DNA from: Christensenellales bacterium
GTDB lineage: Bacteria; Bacillota; Clostridia; Christensenellales; UBA1750
NCBI GenBank assembly: GCA_050942895.1
Contig: JBMNOE010000006.1
Location: forward strand, 35,578-99,577
Direction of reading: 5' to 3'
DNA length: 64,000 bases
This document shows, piece after piece, positions 28,915 through 38,129 of this stretch. How positions within the stretch are numbered: the first letter of the stretch is position 1; every line of letters starts with the position of its first letter. The notes under the pieces are model-generated. The model was not told where the DNA came from. It worked only from the letters and a program-made list of their open reading frames with translations, and made no database searches. The position numbers and the translations under genes were made by a program.

Positions 28915-30798
28915 TTATGCTTCGGCAGTTTCCTGCATGATGCTCCTGATCTGCTCATCCTGAAACTGGTTTGTGTAAAGGTTGTAGTAGTAGCCTTTTT
29001 TCGCCAGAAGCTGCCTGTGATTGCCGTCCTCGGTGATCTTGCCGTCCTGTATCACCAAAATTCTGTCGGCGTTTCTGATGGTAGAAAGCCTGTGGGCCAC
29101 AATGAAGCTGGTTCTTCCCTCCAGCACCTTGTCGATGGCCTTTTGGATGAGGGCCTCAGTCTCGGTGTCGATGGAGGAGGTGGCCTCGTCCAGCACGAAT
29201 ATGGCCGGGTCGGCGATTATGGCCCGTGCGAAGGATATCAACTGCTTTTCGCCTGTGGAAAGGCGGCTGCCGCCCTCGCCCACGTCGGTGTCATAGCCTT
29301 TTTCAAGGCCTGTGATAAACTTGTGAGCACCCACCATCTTCGCTGCCTCGATGACGTCCTCATCGGAGGCGCTTCTCAGGCCATAGCGGATATTATCCTT
29401 TATGCTGCCGGAGAAAAGATGGGGCGATTGCAGCACATAGCCCAGGCGGGATTGCAGCCAAAGCTGGGAGCGCTGGCGGTAGTCCACGCCGTCGATCTTG
29501 ACGCAGCCTCTTGTAGGCTCGTAGAAGCGGCAGACCAGATTGATTATGGTGCTTTTTCCCGAGCCGGTTTCACCGACCAAAGCGATGGTCTGGCCGGATT
29601 TTATGTTGAGATTAAAGTTTTCAAGGACCTTTTCGCCGCCCTTATAGTTGAAGGTAACGTTTTCAAACTCCACATCGCCCTTTATCGGCTCCCAGTTTTC
29701 ATATATGGGGTTGATCTGATCGCCGTATTTTTCTATTACCTCAGGCGAGTCCACGATGTCCGGCTCGGTTTCTATCAGTCCGATGACCCTCTCCGCCGCC
29801 GCCTGGGCGGACTGGAAATCAGCGAAGGTTCTGGCAAGCTCTCTGATGGGCTCGAATATCATTATGGCATAGCTTAAGAAAACCGTCATTTCACCCAATG
29901 AAAGCTGCCCCAGATATACCTGATAGCCGCCCCGCCAAAGGGCAAGGCCCGCAGCCAGGCTGGCGATGGAGGTGATTATCGGCATATATATGGCGCTTAG
30001 CATCGCCGCGCGGACGGAGGACTTCTTCATTTCGCCGGTCAATTCCTTGAATTCACCGAAGTTATGCTCCTCCAGCACAAGGGTTTTCGTTGTTTTTGCG
30101 CCCATGATGCCCTCGTTGAAAGCGCCGGTAATCTGTGAGTTGATGCGCCTGACATTCCTGTAGGCGGCAAGTATATGCTTTTGAAAAAACACCGATATCA
30201 CCGCCAAAGCCGGCACCACTGTCGACACCAGAAGGGCGAGCTGCCAGTTTTTGATCAGCATTATCACAAGGGCGATGACCATCATCGCAAAGCCCCATAC
30301 GAGATCGATTGTGCCCCAGCCGATCATGTCTGCAAGGCGCTGGGCGTCGCTTGTCATCCGGGCCAGCAGATATCCGACGGGGGTTCTGTCGTAGAAGGTG
30401 AAGGAAAGCTCCTGAAGCTTTTTTATGCCCACCTCGCGGATGTTGTGGCAGGTTCCCACCTCTATCTTTCCGCTTTGCTTAAAGAAAGAGTAGATCATAT
30501 ATGCGGAAAAGACCGAAAGCGCCAGATAAACGGGTATGAAATAGGCCATCCGGTGCAGCTCGCCTGTCATAATGATGTTGTCTATAGCATACTCGCTCAG
30601 CAGAGGAAAGATGGCGTCGGTAAGGGCCAGTGCGCCCATGAATATGCCCAGATACAATATGTTCTTGTAGTAGGGCCGGGCGTAATGGAGTATTTTTTTC
30701 CATATCTTAAGGTCCAGCTGTTTAGTGTATTCCTGTTCCTGATTGAATTCCATTTCGGTAATTATCCTTTCGGGCCTTGGGGGCTTAGTTTCTGCCAT
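28915..30798 (-). CDS. ABC exporter, TMD-NBD subunit 2 of a heterodimer
   Basis: TMD, Walker A GETGSGKST, degenerate signature LSTGE, canonical Walker B VLDE, and AHR. Confidence 0.93.
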   Translation of the reverse strand: MAETKPPRPERIITEMEFNQEQEYTKQLDLKIWKKILHYARPYYKNILYLGIFMGALALTDAIFPLLSEYAIDNIIMTGELHRMAYFIPVYLALSVFSAYMIYSFFKQSGKIEVGTCHNIREVGIKKLQELSFTFYDRTPVGYLLARMTSDAQRLADMIGWGTIDLVWGFAMMVIALVIMLIKNWQLALLVSTVVPALAVISVFFQKHILAAYRNVRRINSQITGAFNEGIMGAKTTKTLVLEEHNFGEFKELTGEMKKSSVRAAMLSAIYMPIITSIASLAAGLALWRGGYQVYLGQLSLGEMTVFLSYAIMIFEPIRELARTFADFQSAQAAAERVIGLIETEPDIVDSPEVIEKYGDQINPIYENWEPIKGDVEFENVTFNYKGGEKVLENFNLNIKSGQTIALVGETGSGKSTIINLVCRFYEPTRGCVKIDGVDYRQRSQLWLQSRLGYVLQSPHLFSGSIKDNIRYGLRSASDEDVIEAAKMVGAHKFITGLEKGYDTDVGEGGSRLSTGEKQLISFARAIIADPAIFVLDEATSSIDTETEALIQKAIDKVLEGRTSFIVAHRLSTIRNADRILVIQDGKITEDGNHRQLLAKKGYYYNLYTNQFQDEQIRSIMQETAEA

Positions 30799-30824
30799 CC
30801 TCGGCGCAGCCAGACTAAAATGGA

Positions 30825-32636
30825 TTAAGCTACGCCGTGGCTTTCCAGCTCCTCCTCCAGGGCTGTTTGTATGGAGAATATGCGCTTGTACAGGCCATCC
30901 TGATTGATCAGCTCGTCATGGCTCCCGCTCTGGGCGATCTTGCCGCCCTCCATCACCAGTATTTTGTCCGCCTGCATCAAAGTGGTTATCCTGTGGGCGA
31001 TGATGAAAGTTGTGGCCTTGTTCCTGCGCTCTTTGAGGGCGGATCTTATGCGGGCGTCGGTCTGGGTGTCAACTGCGGAAAGGGAGTCGTCGAATATCAG
31101 TATGTCGTTATTTTTAAGCAGAGTCCTGGCGATTGAAACCCGCTGCTTTTGGCCGCCGGAAAGGGTAACCCCCCGCTCGCCCACCATTGTGTCATAGCCT
31201 TTTTCAAAGGATTCGATGACATCGTGGACGGAGGCCGTCTGAGCTGCTTCAAAGACTTCGTCATCGCCCATTGAGGGGCGAACGATGGCGATGTTCTGCC
31301 TGACCGTCTTTGAAAAAAGGAAGGGCTCCTGAAGGACTATGCCCACTCTGTTTCTCAGATGCTCTTTGTCGATATCCTTAAGCTCCACCCCGCCGATTGT
31401 GACCGAACCCTCCTGATAGTCATAGAGCCTTTGCATAAGATACATCATGGTGCTTTTCCCCGAACCGGTGGAGCCCAAAACCGCGATGGTCTCGCCTGGC
31501 TTTGCGGTGAATGAAACGCCGTTTAAAATGGGCTTGTTCTTTTCATACCAGAACTTCACATCATCAAAGACGATCTCGCCGTCTATTGGCGGTGTAAGCT
31601 TGTTCTTTTCGTCGGTCTCGGGCTTTGCGCCTAAAATTTCACCTATTCTTTCTAAGGAAACCATTGCCTTACCCATGTCGGCCAAAACTCTGCCAAGCTG
31701 GCGAACGGGCCAGATAAGCTGGTTTTCATACGCCATAAACATGGTCATCACGCCTATGGTGATCTCGCCCCTTACCACGAAGAATATGCAGGCGAAAAGC
31801 AGCAGCGCCCTTTGGATGTTTGCCAGGCTGTCGCCGGTGGCCCAAAACCTGGCGTTTATAAGGGTCAGGTCGTAGAACTTCTTGCGCAGGTCATTTGAGC
31901 GGTATAGGAATTTTTCTATCTCATTGTTTTGCTGGCCGAAAGCCCGCACAACTCTCATCCCCGCCAGATTTTCCTGCAGGGTGGTTGAAAGAGCGCCCTC
32001 CGCCTCGTCCGCCTCCTTGAAGGAAGTGAGAACTTTTTTAAAATAAACGGCTGAAAACAGGAATATGGGCGGCACAACCACCACAGCTATCAAGGTGAGC
32101 TTTGGCGAAAGGGGCAGCATTATCGACAGCGCAACCGCCACTAATGCCACCGACCGCACCACCTGTATGAGCTGCGTGGCCAAAAAGCGGCGGACGGTTT
32201 CGACGTCGGAGGTGCAGCGCTGTATAAGATCGCCGGTCTCTGCTTTGACATGATAGTCATAGCTTAGAACCTGGATATGGCTGTACAGCCTGTTGCGGAT
32301 GTTCTCTGCTATGGTTTCGCTGGCCTTTGACGACCACTTGGCGTAAAGGAAGTTGAACAGCCCGTTTATCATGCTGACCAGCAGCATGGCCAAAGCGCAG
32401 ATCCAAAGGTTGCGGATGATGTAGTTTCTGCCGCCGATCATCTCCACGAAATTCACGATAAAATCGGGGGCGCTTAGAGGCTTTGAATCGATGAAAGAGT
32501 CGATTGTCCAGCCCAGGACCATTGGTGTCACGAAGCCGAGAGCTACGTTCACAAGCATGGTGATTATCGCCCCCACATATAGAAGCAGATTTCCCTTCAT
32601 GAATGAAAAACATAGTTTTAGCCGGTATTTGCTCAT
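30825..32636 (-). CDS. ABC exporter, TMD-NBD subunit 1 of a heterodimer
   Basis: Walker A GSTGSGKST, LSGGQ, degenerate Walker B IFDD. Start MSKYR follows AAGGAG. Confidence 0.93.
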   Translation of the reverse strand: MSKYRLKLCFSFMKGNLLLYVGAIITMLVNVALGFVTPMVLGWTIDSFIDSKPLSAPDFIVNFVEMIGGRNYIIRNLWICALAMLLVSMINGLFNFLYAKWSSKASETIAENIRNRLYSHIQVLSYDYHVKAETGDLIQRCTSDVETVRRFLATQLIQVVRSVALVAVALSIMLPLSPKLTLIAVVVVPPIFLFSAVYFKKVLTSFKEADEAEGALSTTLQENLAGMRVVRAFGQQNNEIEKFLYRSNDLRKKFYDLTLINARFWATGDSLANIQRALLLFACIFFVVRGEITIGVMTMFMAYENQLIWPVRQLGRVLADMGKAMVSLERIGEILGAKPETDEKNKLTPPIDGEIVFDDVKFWYEKNKPILNGVSFTAKPGETIAVLGSTGSGKSTMMYLMQRLYDYQEGSVTIGGVELKDIDKEHLRNRVGIVLQEPFLFSKTVRQNIAIVRPSMGDDEVFEAAQTASVHDVIESFEKGYDTMVGERGVTLSGGQKQRVSIARTLLKNNDILIFDDSLSAVDTQTDARIRSALKERRNKATTFIIAHRITTLMQADKILVMEGGKIAQSGSHDELINQDGLYKRIFSIQTALEEELESHGVA

Positions 32637-32791
32637 CATTTTCTCCTTGCTGCCGGACATGTCGGCTTTGCTGCGCCCAAATCCCGGGGGAGGGCCTTGC
32701 AGCGCTGTTTTATTCGCTTTTTGCGCCAGACACATGCACAAAAAGCCGCTGACTTTTGTCCGGCCTTCTCCATAAGCTTGCTTTATTAAGC

Positions 32792-32823
32792 AAAATAAAA
32801 GGCCGCAGGCATAACCTGCGGCC
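32792..32823 (-). terminator. Attenuator terminator in the ABC exporter leader
   Basis: GGCCGCAGG-ttatg-CCTGCGGCC-TTTTATTTT, located between the promoter and the first structural gene. Confidence 0.85.
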
Positions 32824-32841
32824 GTATCTTTGCTAAAAAGC

Positions 32842-32952
32842 TTACAAGCAGCGCACAGGCATAGCTATCCCGTCATTATTCCCTGCGAATGCATGGGCAC
32901 GATAAACGGAAGAACGGTTATTAACTTGTTCGAAGAACCTGTTCAGCATCAT
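32842..32952 (-). CDS. Putative leader peptide, 36 aa (MMLNRFFEQVNNRSSVYRAHAFAGNNDGIAMPVRCL)
   Basis: AAGGAGG RBS directly downstream of a consensus promoter. Stop codon is 18 nt before the terminator stem. Too short for the ORF track. Confidence 0.75.
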   Translation of the reverse strand: MMLNRFFEQVNNRSSVYRAHAFAGNNDGIAMPVRCL

Positions 32953-32984
32953 GTGCGCCTCCTTTCTTTATGGTTGACAGGGGT

Positions 32985-33013
32985 ATTATATGCCATCGCC
33001 AGATAACTGTCAA
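32985..33013 (-). promoter_or_regulatory. Consensus sigma-A promoter of the leader/ABC exporter operon
   Basis: Perfect TTGACA-17 bp-TATAAT. Confidence 0.85.
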
Positions 33014-33165
33014 TAGTAAATTAATATTTTTGAGTTTCTTTTTTAAAGATTGGCCAAGGCTCCTTTATCATTCTTTCATATTGAGAAGAGTTCTCACTAT
33101 TAAAAGGCTCAGCCGAACATTCAGCCGGGCAATTTCGTTGATATTTTATTGGTTAACGGCAGTTG

Positions 33166-33816
33166 CTATGGAAGCAGGTTCAGCATGTCGCCCTCCTCGA
33201 GGGTCTGCAAAAACGTGCCGGGCACCGCGCCGATTATTACCGTCTCCGCCACGGGCACCAGCGTGGTTGCCGTAAGGGCTGAGGAATGGGATGGCATTAT
33301 GACACTCATGCTGGCGGTGAGCTTTATATAAAGCCTGTGTATCGTCTGGTTTATTCCCGCCGATGTGAACTCGCTTAAAAACTGGCTGGTGACGGCCCCC
33401 ACCGGGGTTGCATAGGCGCTGATGTTGGGGCCCTTGCCTGAAAGGAGCTGCGAGCCCAGAGCCGAACCCAAGGGTATGCTGACACGTTGGTTTGTAATTT
33501 CGGCGATCTTGCCCTGGGCGATCAGGGCTGTCTGGGTAGCCAGATTGTTCATGTAGACGGTGTTGGCCTGCATGGCGGAAACGCGGTTGTCGCTGTCGTA
33601 TTCTATCTGCACAAGATCCATGTAGCTGACGTCGCTCATGCTTTGTGCGACGGCCTCGTTCAGCGCCTTTGTAGCGATTGACATTACCCTGGCTTCCGCC
33701 ATTGACATGGCTATGGGGGTCATACTTATTTCAATCCAAATAAAAAAGATGAAGGTTAAAAGGATGAGCACGCCAAGAGTTGTGAATGTAAATATTCTAA
33801 TTTTACGGCGGTTCAT
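33166..33816 (-). CDS. yunB: Sporulation protein YunB
   Basis: N-terminal TM, IPLGSALGS.LL.G.GP, F.SAGINQT.H and ETVIIG.VP motifs. Confidence 0.92.
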   Translation of the reverse strand: MNRRKIRIFTFTTLGVLILLTFIFFIWIEISMTPIAMSMAEARVMSIATKALNEAVAQSMSDVSYMDLVQIEYDSDNRVSAMQANTVYMNNLATQTALIAQGKIAEITNQRVSIPLGSALGSQLLSGKGPNISAYATPVGAVTSQFLSEFTSAGINQTIHRLYIKLTASMSVIMPSHSSALTATTLVPVAETVIIGAVPGTFLQTLEEGDMLNLLP

Positions 33817-33837
33817 TGCATATCACTTCCTCCCTGT

Positions 33838-33951
33838 GATAAGATTAGTTTAGCAATTTGCAAGGCAAATCGCGGGCTCGCGGGCCGTTTGCGCCGGGCC
33901 GCGGGCAAACACGATAAGATTAGTTTAGCAATTTGCAAGGCAAATCGCGGG
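33838..33951. repeat. Two perfect 39-bp direct repeats separated by 36 bp
   Basis: GATAAGATTAGTTTAGCAATTTGCAAGGCAAATCGCGGG at 33838-33876 and 33913-33951. Confidence 0.9.
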
Positions 33952-34049
33952 AGTGTTAGTTGAAAGAGCTTGGCAAATGCAGGCTTAATATAAAATAAAC
34001 ATACAAAATATTATATGCTCCACAGGGGAGATTAGGCGGGAGAGGACAA

Positions 34050-36797
34050 ATGAAATTCGATTTCAACCCATTCAGGGACAAATCCGGAAAGGGCAATAAA
34101 GACGAAAGCGATTTTGCGGGCAGTGATAACGGCCCAAAGGGCAGGGCGCCGGAAAGAATTTTCGTAAAAAGAAAAGCCCCTTCCAACTTTTTCATATCGG
34201 TAATAATAACCACGTCAAAGCTTTTGACGGTGCTGGTTTTAACCTTTGGCATAGCGGCGGGGGGGCTGCTTTTGGGCATTGCGAAGGGCTACTACGACAC
34301 TACCCCCGAGCTTGACACCAACAGGATAGACGATCAGGCTTTGACTTCTTTCATATACGACATGAACGGCGACCTTATCACCGCCTACAGGGGCAGCGAA
34401 AACCGCGTCTGGGCCGGCATAGACGAGATCCCCGAGATGCTTCAGGACGCCTTCGTCGCACTGGAGGACGCCCGCTTTTGGACCCATAACGGCATCGATA
34501 TAAAGCGCATATTCGGCGCGGCGGTTTCAAACTTCACCGGCGGAAGCATACAGGGGGGCTCCACAATCACCCAGCAGCTTATAAAGCTCAGGGTGCTTTC
34601 AACAGAGGTCTCATACAAAAGAAAGCTGCAGGAGGCCTATCTGGCCATTGAGCTGGAGGACGAATATGAAAAGGAGCAGATACTTGAAAGTTATCTGAAC
34701 AGCATATGGCTGGGGGGCTCCAACTACGGAGTCAAGGCCGCGGCGATGGACTATTTCGGCAAAGAACTCTCGCAGCTCACGCTTAAAGAATGCGCCATGC
34801 TGGCGGGGCTCACAAAAAACCCTTCGTCATATAACCCCAGGAGGAACTATTACCAGCGGGATATGCCGGAGATAACCGATGAACGCACCGAAAGAGCCCT
34901 TTACGCCATGCTGGAGAACAACTACATCACCCACGAGGAGTACGAGACTGCGCTTGATGAGCCTTTGAATATAGTGGAAGAATCGACGGTCAACCAGCTT
35001 TACCCCATGCCTTATGCCGTTGAAACGGTGCTGGAGGACGTGATCGACGCATTCCTTAGCATGAGAAGCATGGCGGACAACTCTGCCAACAGAAGCGCAA
35101 TCCGCAGGGAAGTTCAAAGCAACGGCTACAATATTTACACAACTATAGACCCTGAGGTTCAGCTCATACTTGAAAACGTGGTCTATAACTGGGATTCTTA
35201 CCCCGCGCTGGCTGATTCCAGCAATGCCGTCATGCGCAGCGTCTCCGCAAACGGCGTTATAATCGAAACCGAGCAGCCCCAGGCGGCCTCGGTCATATAT
35301 GATTACGCCGCAGGCGAGCTTCGCGCCATCGTGGGCAGCAGGCAGGCGCCCACCCAGTTTTTAACCCTCAACAGAGCCACAAAGAGCACAATGCCGGTGG
35401 GCTCCTCCATAAAGCCCCTCGCCGTTTACGGCCCTGCCCTTGATCTGGGCTATTCACCGGCAACGGTCACGGAGAACATGGAGATTCCCATAGAGGGTTG
35501 GACAACGGAAAAGGGCTATCCTTCCAATGCGTCCTCCCGGTCGGCGAATCTCTTAACGCTGCGCGAGGGCATGGTGCGATCCCTTAACATAGCCTCTGTC
35601 CACACGCTTTTGGACTATGTTGGGCTCAACACCTCCAAGGGATATCTGACCTCTCTTGGCGTTGACCCGGCCCATCTTAACGTGGACGCTTTCGGCCTGG
35701 CCATGGGCTCCTCGGGCATCACGCCATATGAAATGGCCGTGGGCTTTGGGGCCATAGCCAATTCCGGCCTTTACCAGCAACCCATAAGCTTCACGAGGGT
35801 TACCGACTCAAAAGGCAATGTCATTTTGGACATGAAGAGCCAGCAGGAAAGCACAAAGCTGCAGGTGTTCAGGCCAGGCACCGCTTACATGCTCACCGAT
35901 ATGCTTGTAAACGCCGTAAACAGCGGCACCGGCACAAATGCCCGCATAAGCGGTCTTACGGTCGGCGGCAAGACCGGCACCAACAGCGACTATGTGGGTG
36001 CGTTCTTTTCGGGTATAACCCCGTATTATTCATGCGCAGTCTGGGTTGGCCATGACAACTATAAGGCCCTTGCCAGCGGTTCCACCGGCGGAAAGGTGGC
36101 CGCACCCCTTTTCCAGGCGATAATGGAGCAGGTTCACCAGGAGAAGGAACTGCCGGACAAGGCGATAATCGAGGGAAGCCCTGAGAGCATGGGCCTTGTG
36201 CGGGCCACAACCTGTTCTCTTTCGGGGCTTTTAGCCACGGATGCCTGTTACATGGACCCCGACCACAAGCCTGTGACCGAATGGCATCACGCGGAAAATG
36301 TGCCTACCGAAAGCTGCGTCACCCACCAGATGGTGGAACTTTGCGCCGAAAGCGGCCTGCTTGCGACGCCCTGGTGCCCGCACAAGGTGGCCGGAGTGAA
36401 AGTAGTCATATCCCCAGACATGTCCATCTACAAATACGGCAGGGATGTGCTGGCTCCCCTTTGGCCGAACGCCCTTTATTCCACAAATTCTCTCGCAGGG
36501 GATGCCATTGGACTGCCGGACGCAGCAGCTGATCAGAGCGACCAAAGCTCCGCTCTAAACCCGGATTCCTGGGCCTCATATCTGGAGGGGATACTGGGCA
36601 ATCAGAATCAATCTCAGCAGGGAGGGTTCAGACAGTATCAAGGGATTATGCCTTTCAGCGACCCCTACTGCAATATGCACAATGTTTATATAGTCAACCC
36701 CTTGCCTGATGACGACAGCTATAATGACGGCATTTACCCCGACGATGGCTGGTACAACGATGATGACCAGAACGACGATGACGATGTTTTCGGGTAA
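34050..36797 (+). CDS. Class A penicillin-binding protein (PBP1A family)
   Basis: Transglycosylase EDARF, GGSTITQQL and RKLQE. Transpeptidase SSIK, SLN and KTG. Cys-rich and acidic C-terminal tail. Confidence 0.95.
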   Translation: MKFDFNPFRDKSGKGNKDESDFAGSDNGPKGRAPERIFVKRKAPSNFFISVIITTSKLLTVLVLTFGIAAGGLLLGIAKGYYDTTPELDTNRIDDQALTSFIYDMNGDLITAYRGSENRVWAGIDEIPEMLQDAFVALEDARFWTHNGIDIKRIFGAAVSNFTGGSIQGGSTITQQLIKLRVLSTEVSYKRKLQEAYLAIELEDEYEKEQILESYLNSIWLGGSNYGVKAAAMDYFGKELSQLTLKECAMLAGLTKNPSSYNPRRNYYQRDMPEITDERTERALYAMLENNYITHEEYETALDEPLNIVEESTVNQLYPMPYAVETVLEDVIDAFLSMRSMADNSANRSAIRREVQSNGYNIYTTIDPEVQLILENVVYNWDSYPALADSSNAVMRSVSANGVIIETEQPQAASVIYDYAAGELRAIVGSRQAPTQFLTLNRATKSTMPVGSSIKPLAVYGPALDLGYSPATVTENMEIPIEGWTTEKGYPSNASSRSANLLTLREGMVRSLNIASVHTLLDYVGLNTSKGYLTSLGVDPAHLNVDAFGLAMGSSGITPYEMAVGFGAIANSGLYQQPISFTRVTDSKGNVILDMKSQQESTKLQVFRPGTAYMLTDMLVNAVNSGTGTNARISGLTVGGKTGTNSDYVGAFFSGITPYYSCAVWVGHDNYKALASGSTGGKVAAPLFQAIMEQVHQEKELPDKAIIEGSPESMGLVRATTCSLSGLLATDACYMDPDHKPVTEWHHAENVPTESCVTHQMVELCAESGLLATPWCPHKVAGVKVVISPDMSIYKYGRDVLAPLWPNALYSTNSLAGDAIGLPDAAADQSDQSSALNPDSWASYLEGILGNQNQSQQGGFRQYQGIMPFSDPYCNMHNVYIVNPLPDDDSYNDGIYPDDGWYNDDDQNDDDDVFG

Positions 36798-36813
36798 TAA
36801 AAGATAATTAAAC

Positions 36814-36855
36814 AAAAAGACCCCCGTTCCTTGCACTGAGGATCGGGGGTTTTTT
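36814..36855. terminator. Bidirectional intrinsic terminator
   Basis: AAAAAGACCCCCG...CGGGGGTTTTTT between convergent genes. Confidence 0.8.
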
Positions 36856-36873
36856 ACTGTTGGTTGGCCATAA

Positions 36874-38109
36874 TTAAAACAGATCATTATAAAAGGCAAT
36901 GGTTCCTATGATATTGATCAAAACGCCAAGTGTGATCAGAATTCTGTCAAGCTTGCCGGGCCGCGGGGACTGGGAGTTCTTCAGCGCCAGAAGATATGCA
37001 AAGGGCGTTGCGTCGATGAAATAGCGGCAGCCAAAATGCCAGCCGCCCATTGTCTTATGGGCGCAGGTGATCAGCAGATTAATCCCTATGCAGGCGATGA
37101 CCAGCCAGTCAAAAGCGCGGGACGTTTTCCTGCGGAAGCTGTAAAAGACGCAGGAAAGCCAAATGGGCATCACCAGATAGAACGCGAAGCCGTCGAATGT
37201 GGGGAAGGATATGCGGGCGTAGTCATACTGGAAAATCCTTATGGACCTGAACAAATTATAGGGGATATATGATGCGCTGAACTGGCCCTTTGGCGATTCC
37301 AAAAATTCCGGCAGATAATTATGCCCGAACTCAAATATGCTGCCAAAACGGGCGTAGTTGAGGGCGCAAAGAAAAATCGCCACGCAGGCTGAGGGCAAAA
37401 GCCAGCGCCATTTTACGGCAAAATCCTTTATAAAAGTGCCAAAGCCATTATTTTCATACAGAAGAAAGAACAGCACAGGAAAGAAAACCACCTGTATAGG
37501 CCGGCAGCCCACGGCGCATGAGAGAAAAAACAGCGAAAGCCCGCCGCGCCTTTTGCCGGCCGCTCCCTTGCTCAGGGCGAAATAAAGGGACATCATGGTG
37601 AACATGAAAGAAAGGTTCTGGGCCATAAACCAGACCCAGCCGCTCATGCTGATGAACAGGAAATTGCTGGCGCCCGTCACAAAAAATGCCCATGAAAAAG
37701 CGCCTTTCGGGCTTTTCCCAAGGCAGAGAGCAGACTTGTAGGCAAAAAGCGCTCCCGCAATGGCGATTATGACGCACAAAATATTGTCCGGAGTGTTTGC
37801 GCCGAAAAAAAGCACCAATGGAAGCAGCACCACCGAGGGCAGCGGCGGGAAGCTAATGTAATATTTCCCGCGGAATACCGCCTGCTCAAGCCAGGGCATG
37901 TAGTCCACATCCAGGCGGCCGGATAGCCATGACTCTGCCTGAACGGAAAATGAATTGTAGTTGTTTACCTCCAGGGGAGATATGCCGGTAAACAGCCAAA
38001 GGAGAGCATAACAAATTAGCAGGCACAGCAAAAGCAGCGCCGCAAAGCCCCTTCGACGGGATATTTCGCTTTTTGCATTTTTTGTTTCTGTAAATTTCAC
38101 TGCCATCAA
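36874..38109 (-). CDS. Multi-pass membrane protein, possibly GT-C glycosyltransferase-like
   Basis: About 10 hydrophobic segments, YY.SFPPLP loop, NYARFGSIFEFG and G.RY..D motifs. Function is inferred only. Confidence 0.65.
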   Translation of the reverse strand: MMAVKFTETKNAKSEISRRRGFAALLLLCLLICYALLWLFTGISPLEVNNYNSFSVQAESWLSGRLDVDYMPWLEQAVFRGKYYISFPPLPSVVLLPLVLFFGANTPDNILCVIIAIAGALFAYKSALCLGKSPKGAFSWAFFVTGASNFLFISMSGWVWFMAQNLSFMFTMMSLYFALSKGAAGKRRGGLSLFFLSCAVGCRPIQVVFFPVLFFLLYENNGFGTFIKDFAVKWRWLLPSACVAIFLCALNYARFGSIFEFGHNYLPEFLESPKGQFSASYIPYNLFRSIRIFQYDYARISFPTFDGFAFYLVMPIWLSCVFYSFRRKTSRAFDWLVIACIGINLLITCAHKTMGGWHFGCRYFIDATPFAYLLALKNSQSPRPGKLDRILITLGVLINIIGTIAFYNDLF

Positions 38110-38129
38110 GCCGCTGGTTTAGAGCATGA

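Noticed and set aside
28879-29877. 332-aa + strand ORF
   Set aside because: Antisense shadow of the ABC exporter, with no RBS or recognisable motifs.
33838-33951. Calling the 39-bp repeat pair a CRISPR array
   Set aside because: Only two repeats, no cas genes in the window, no typical repeat end such as GAAAC, and the spacer shares sub-motifs with the repeat. Kept as a plain repeat.
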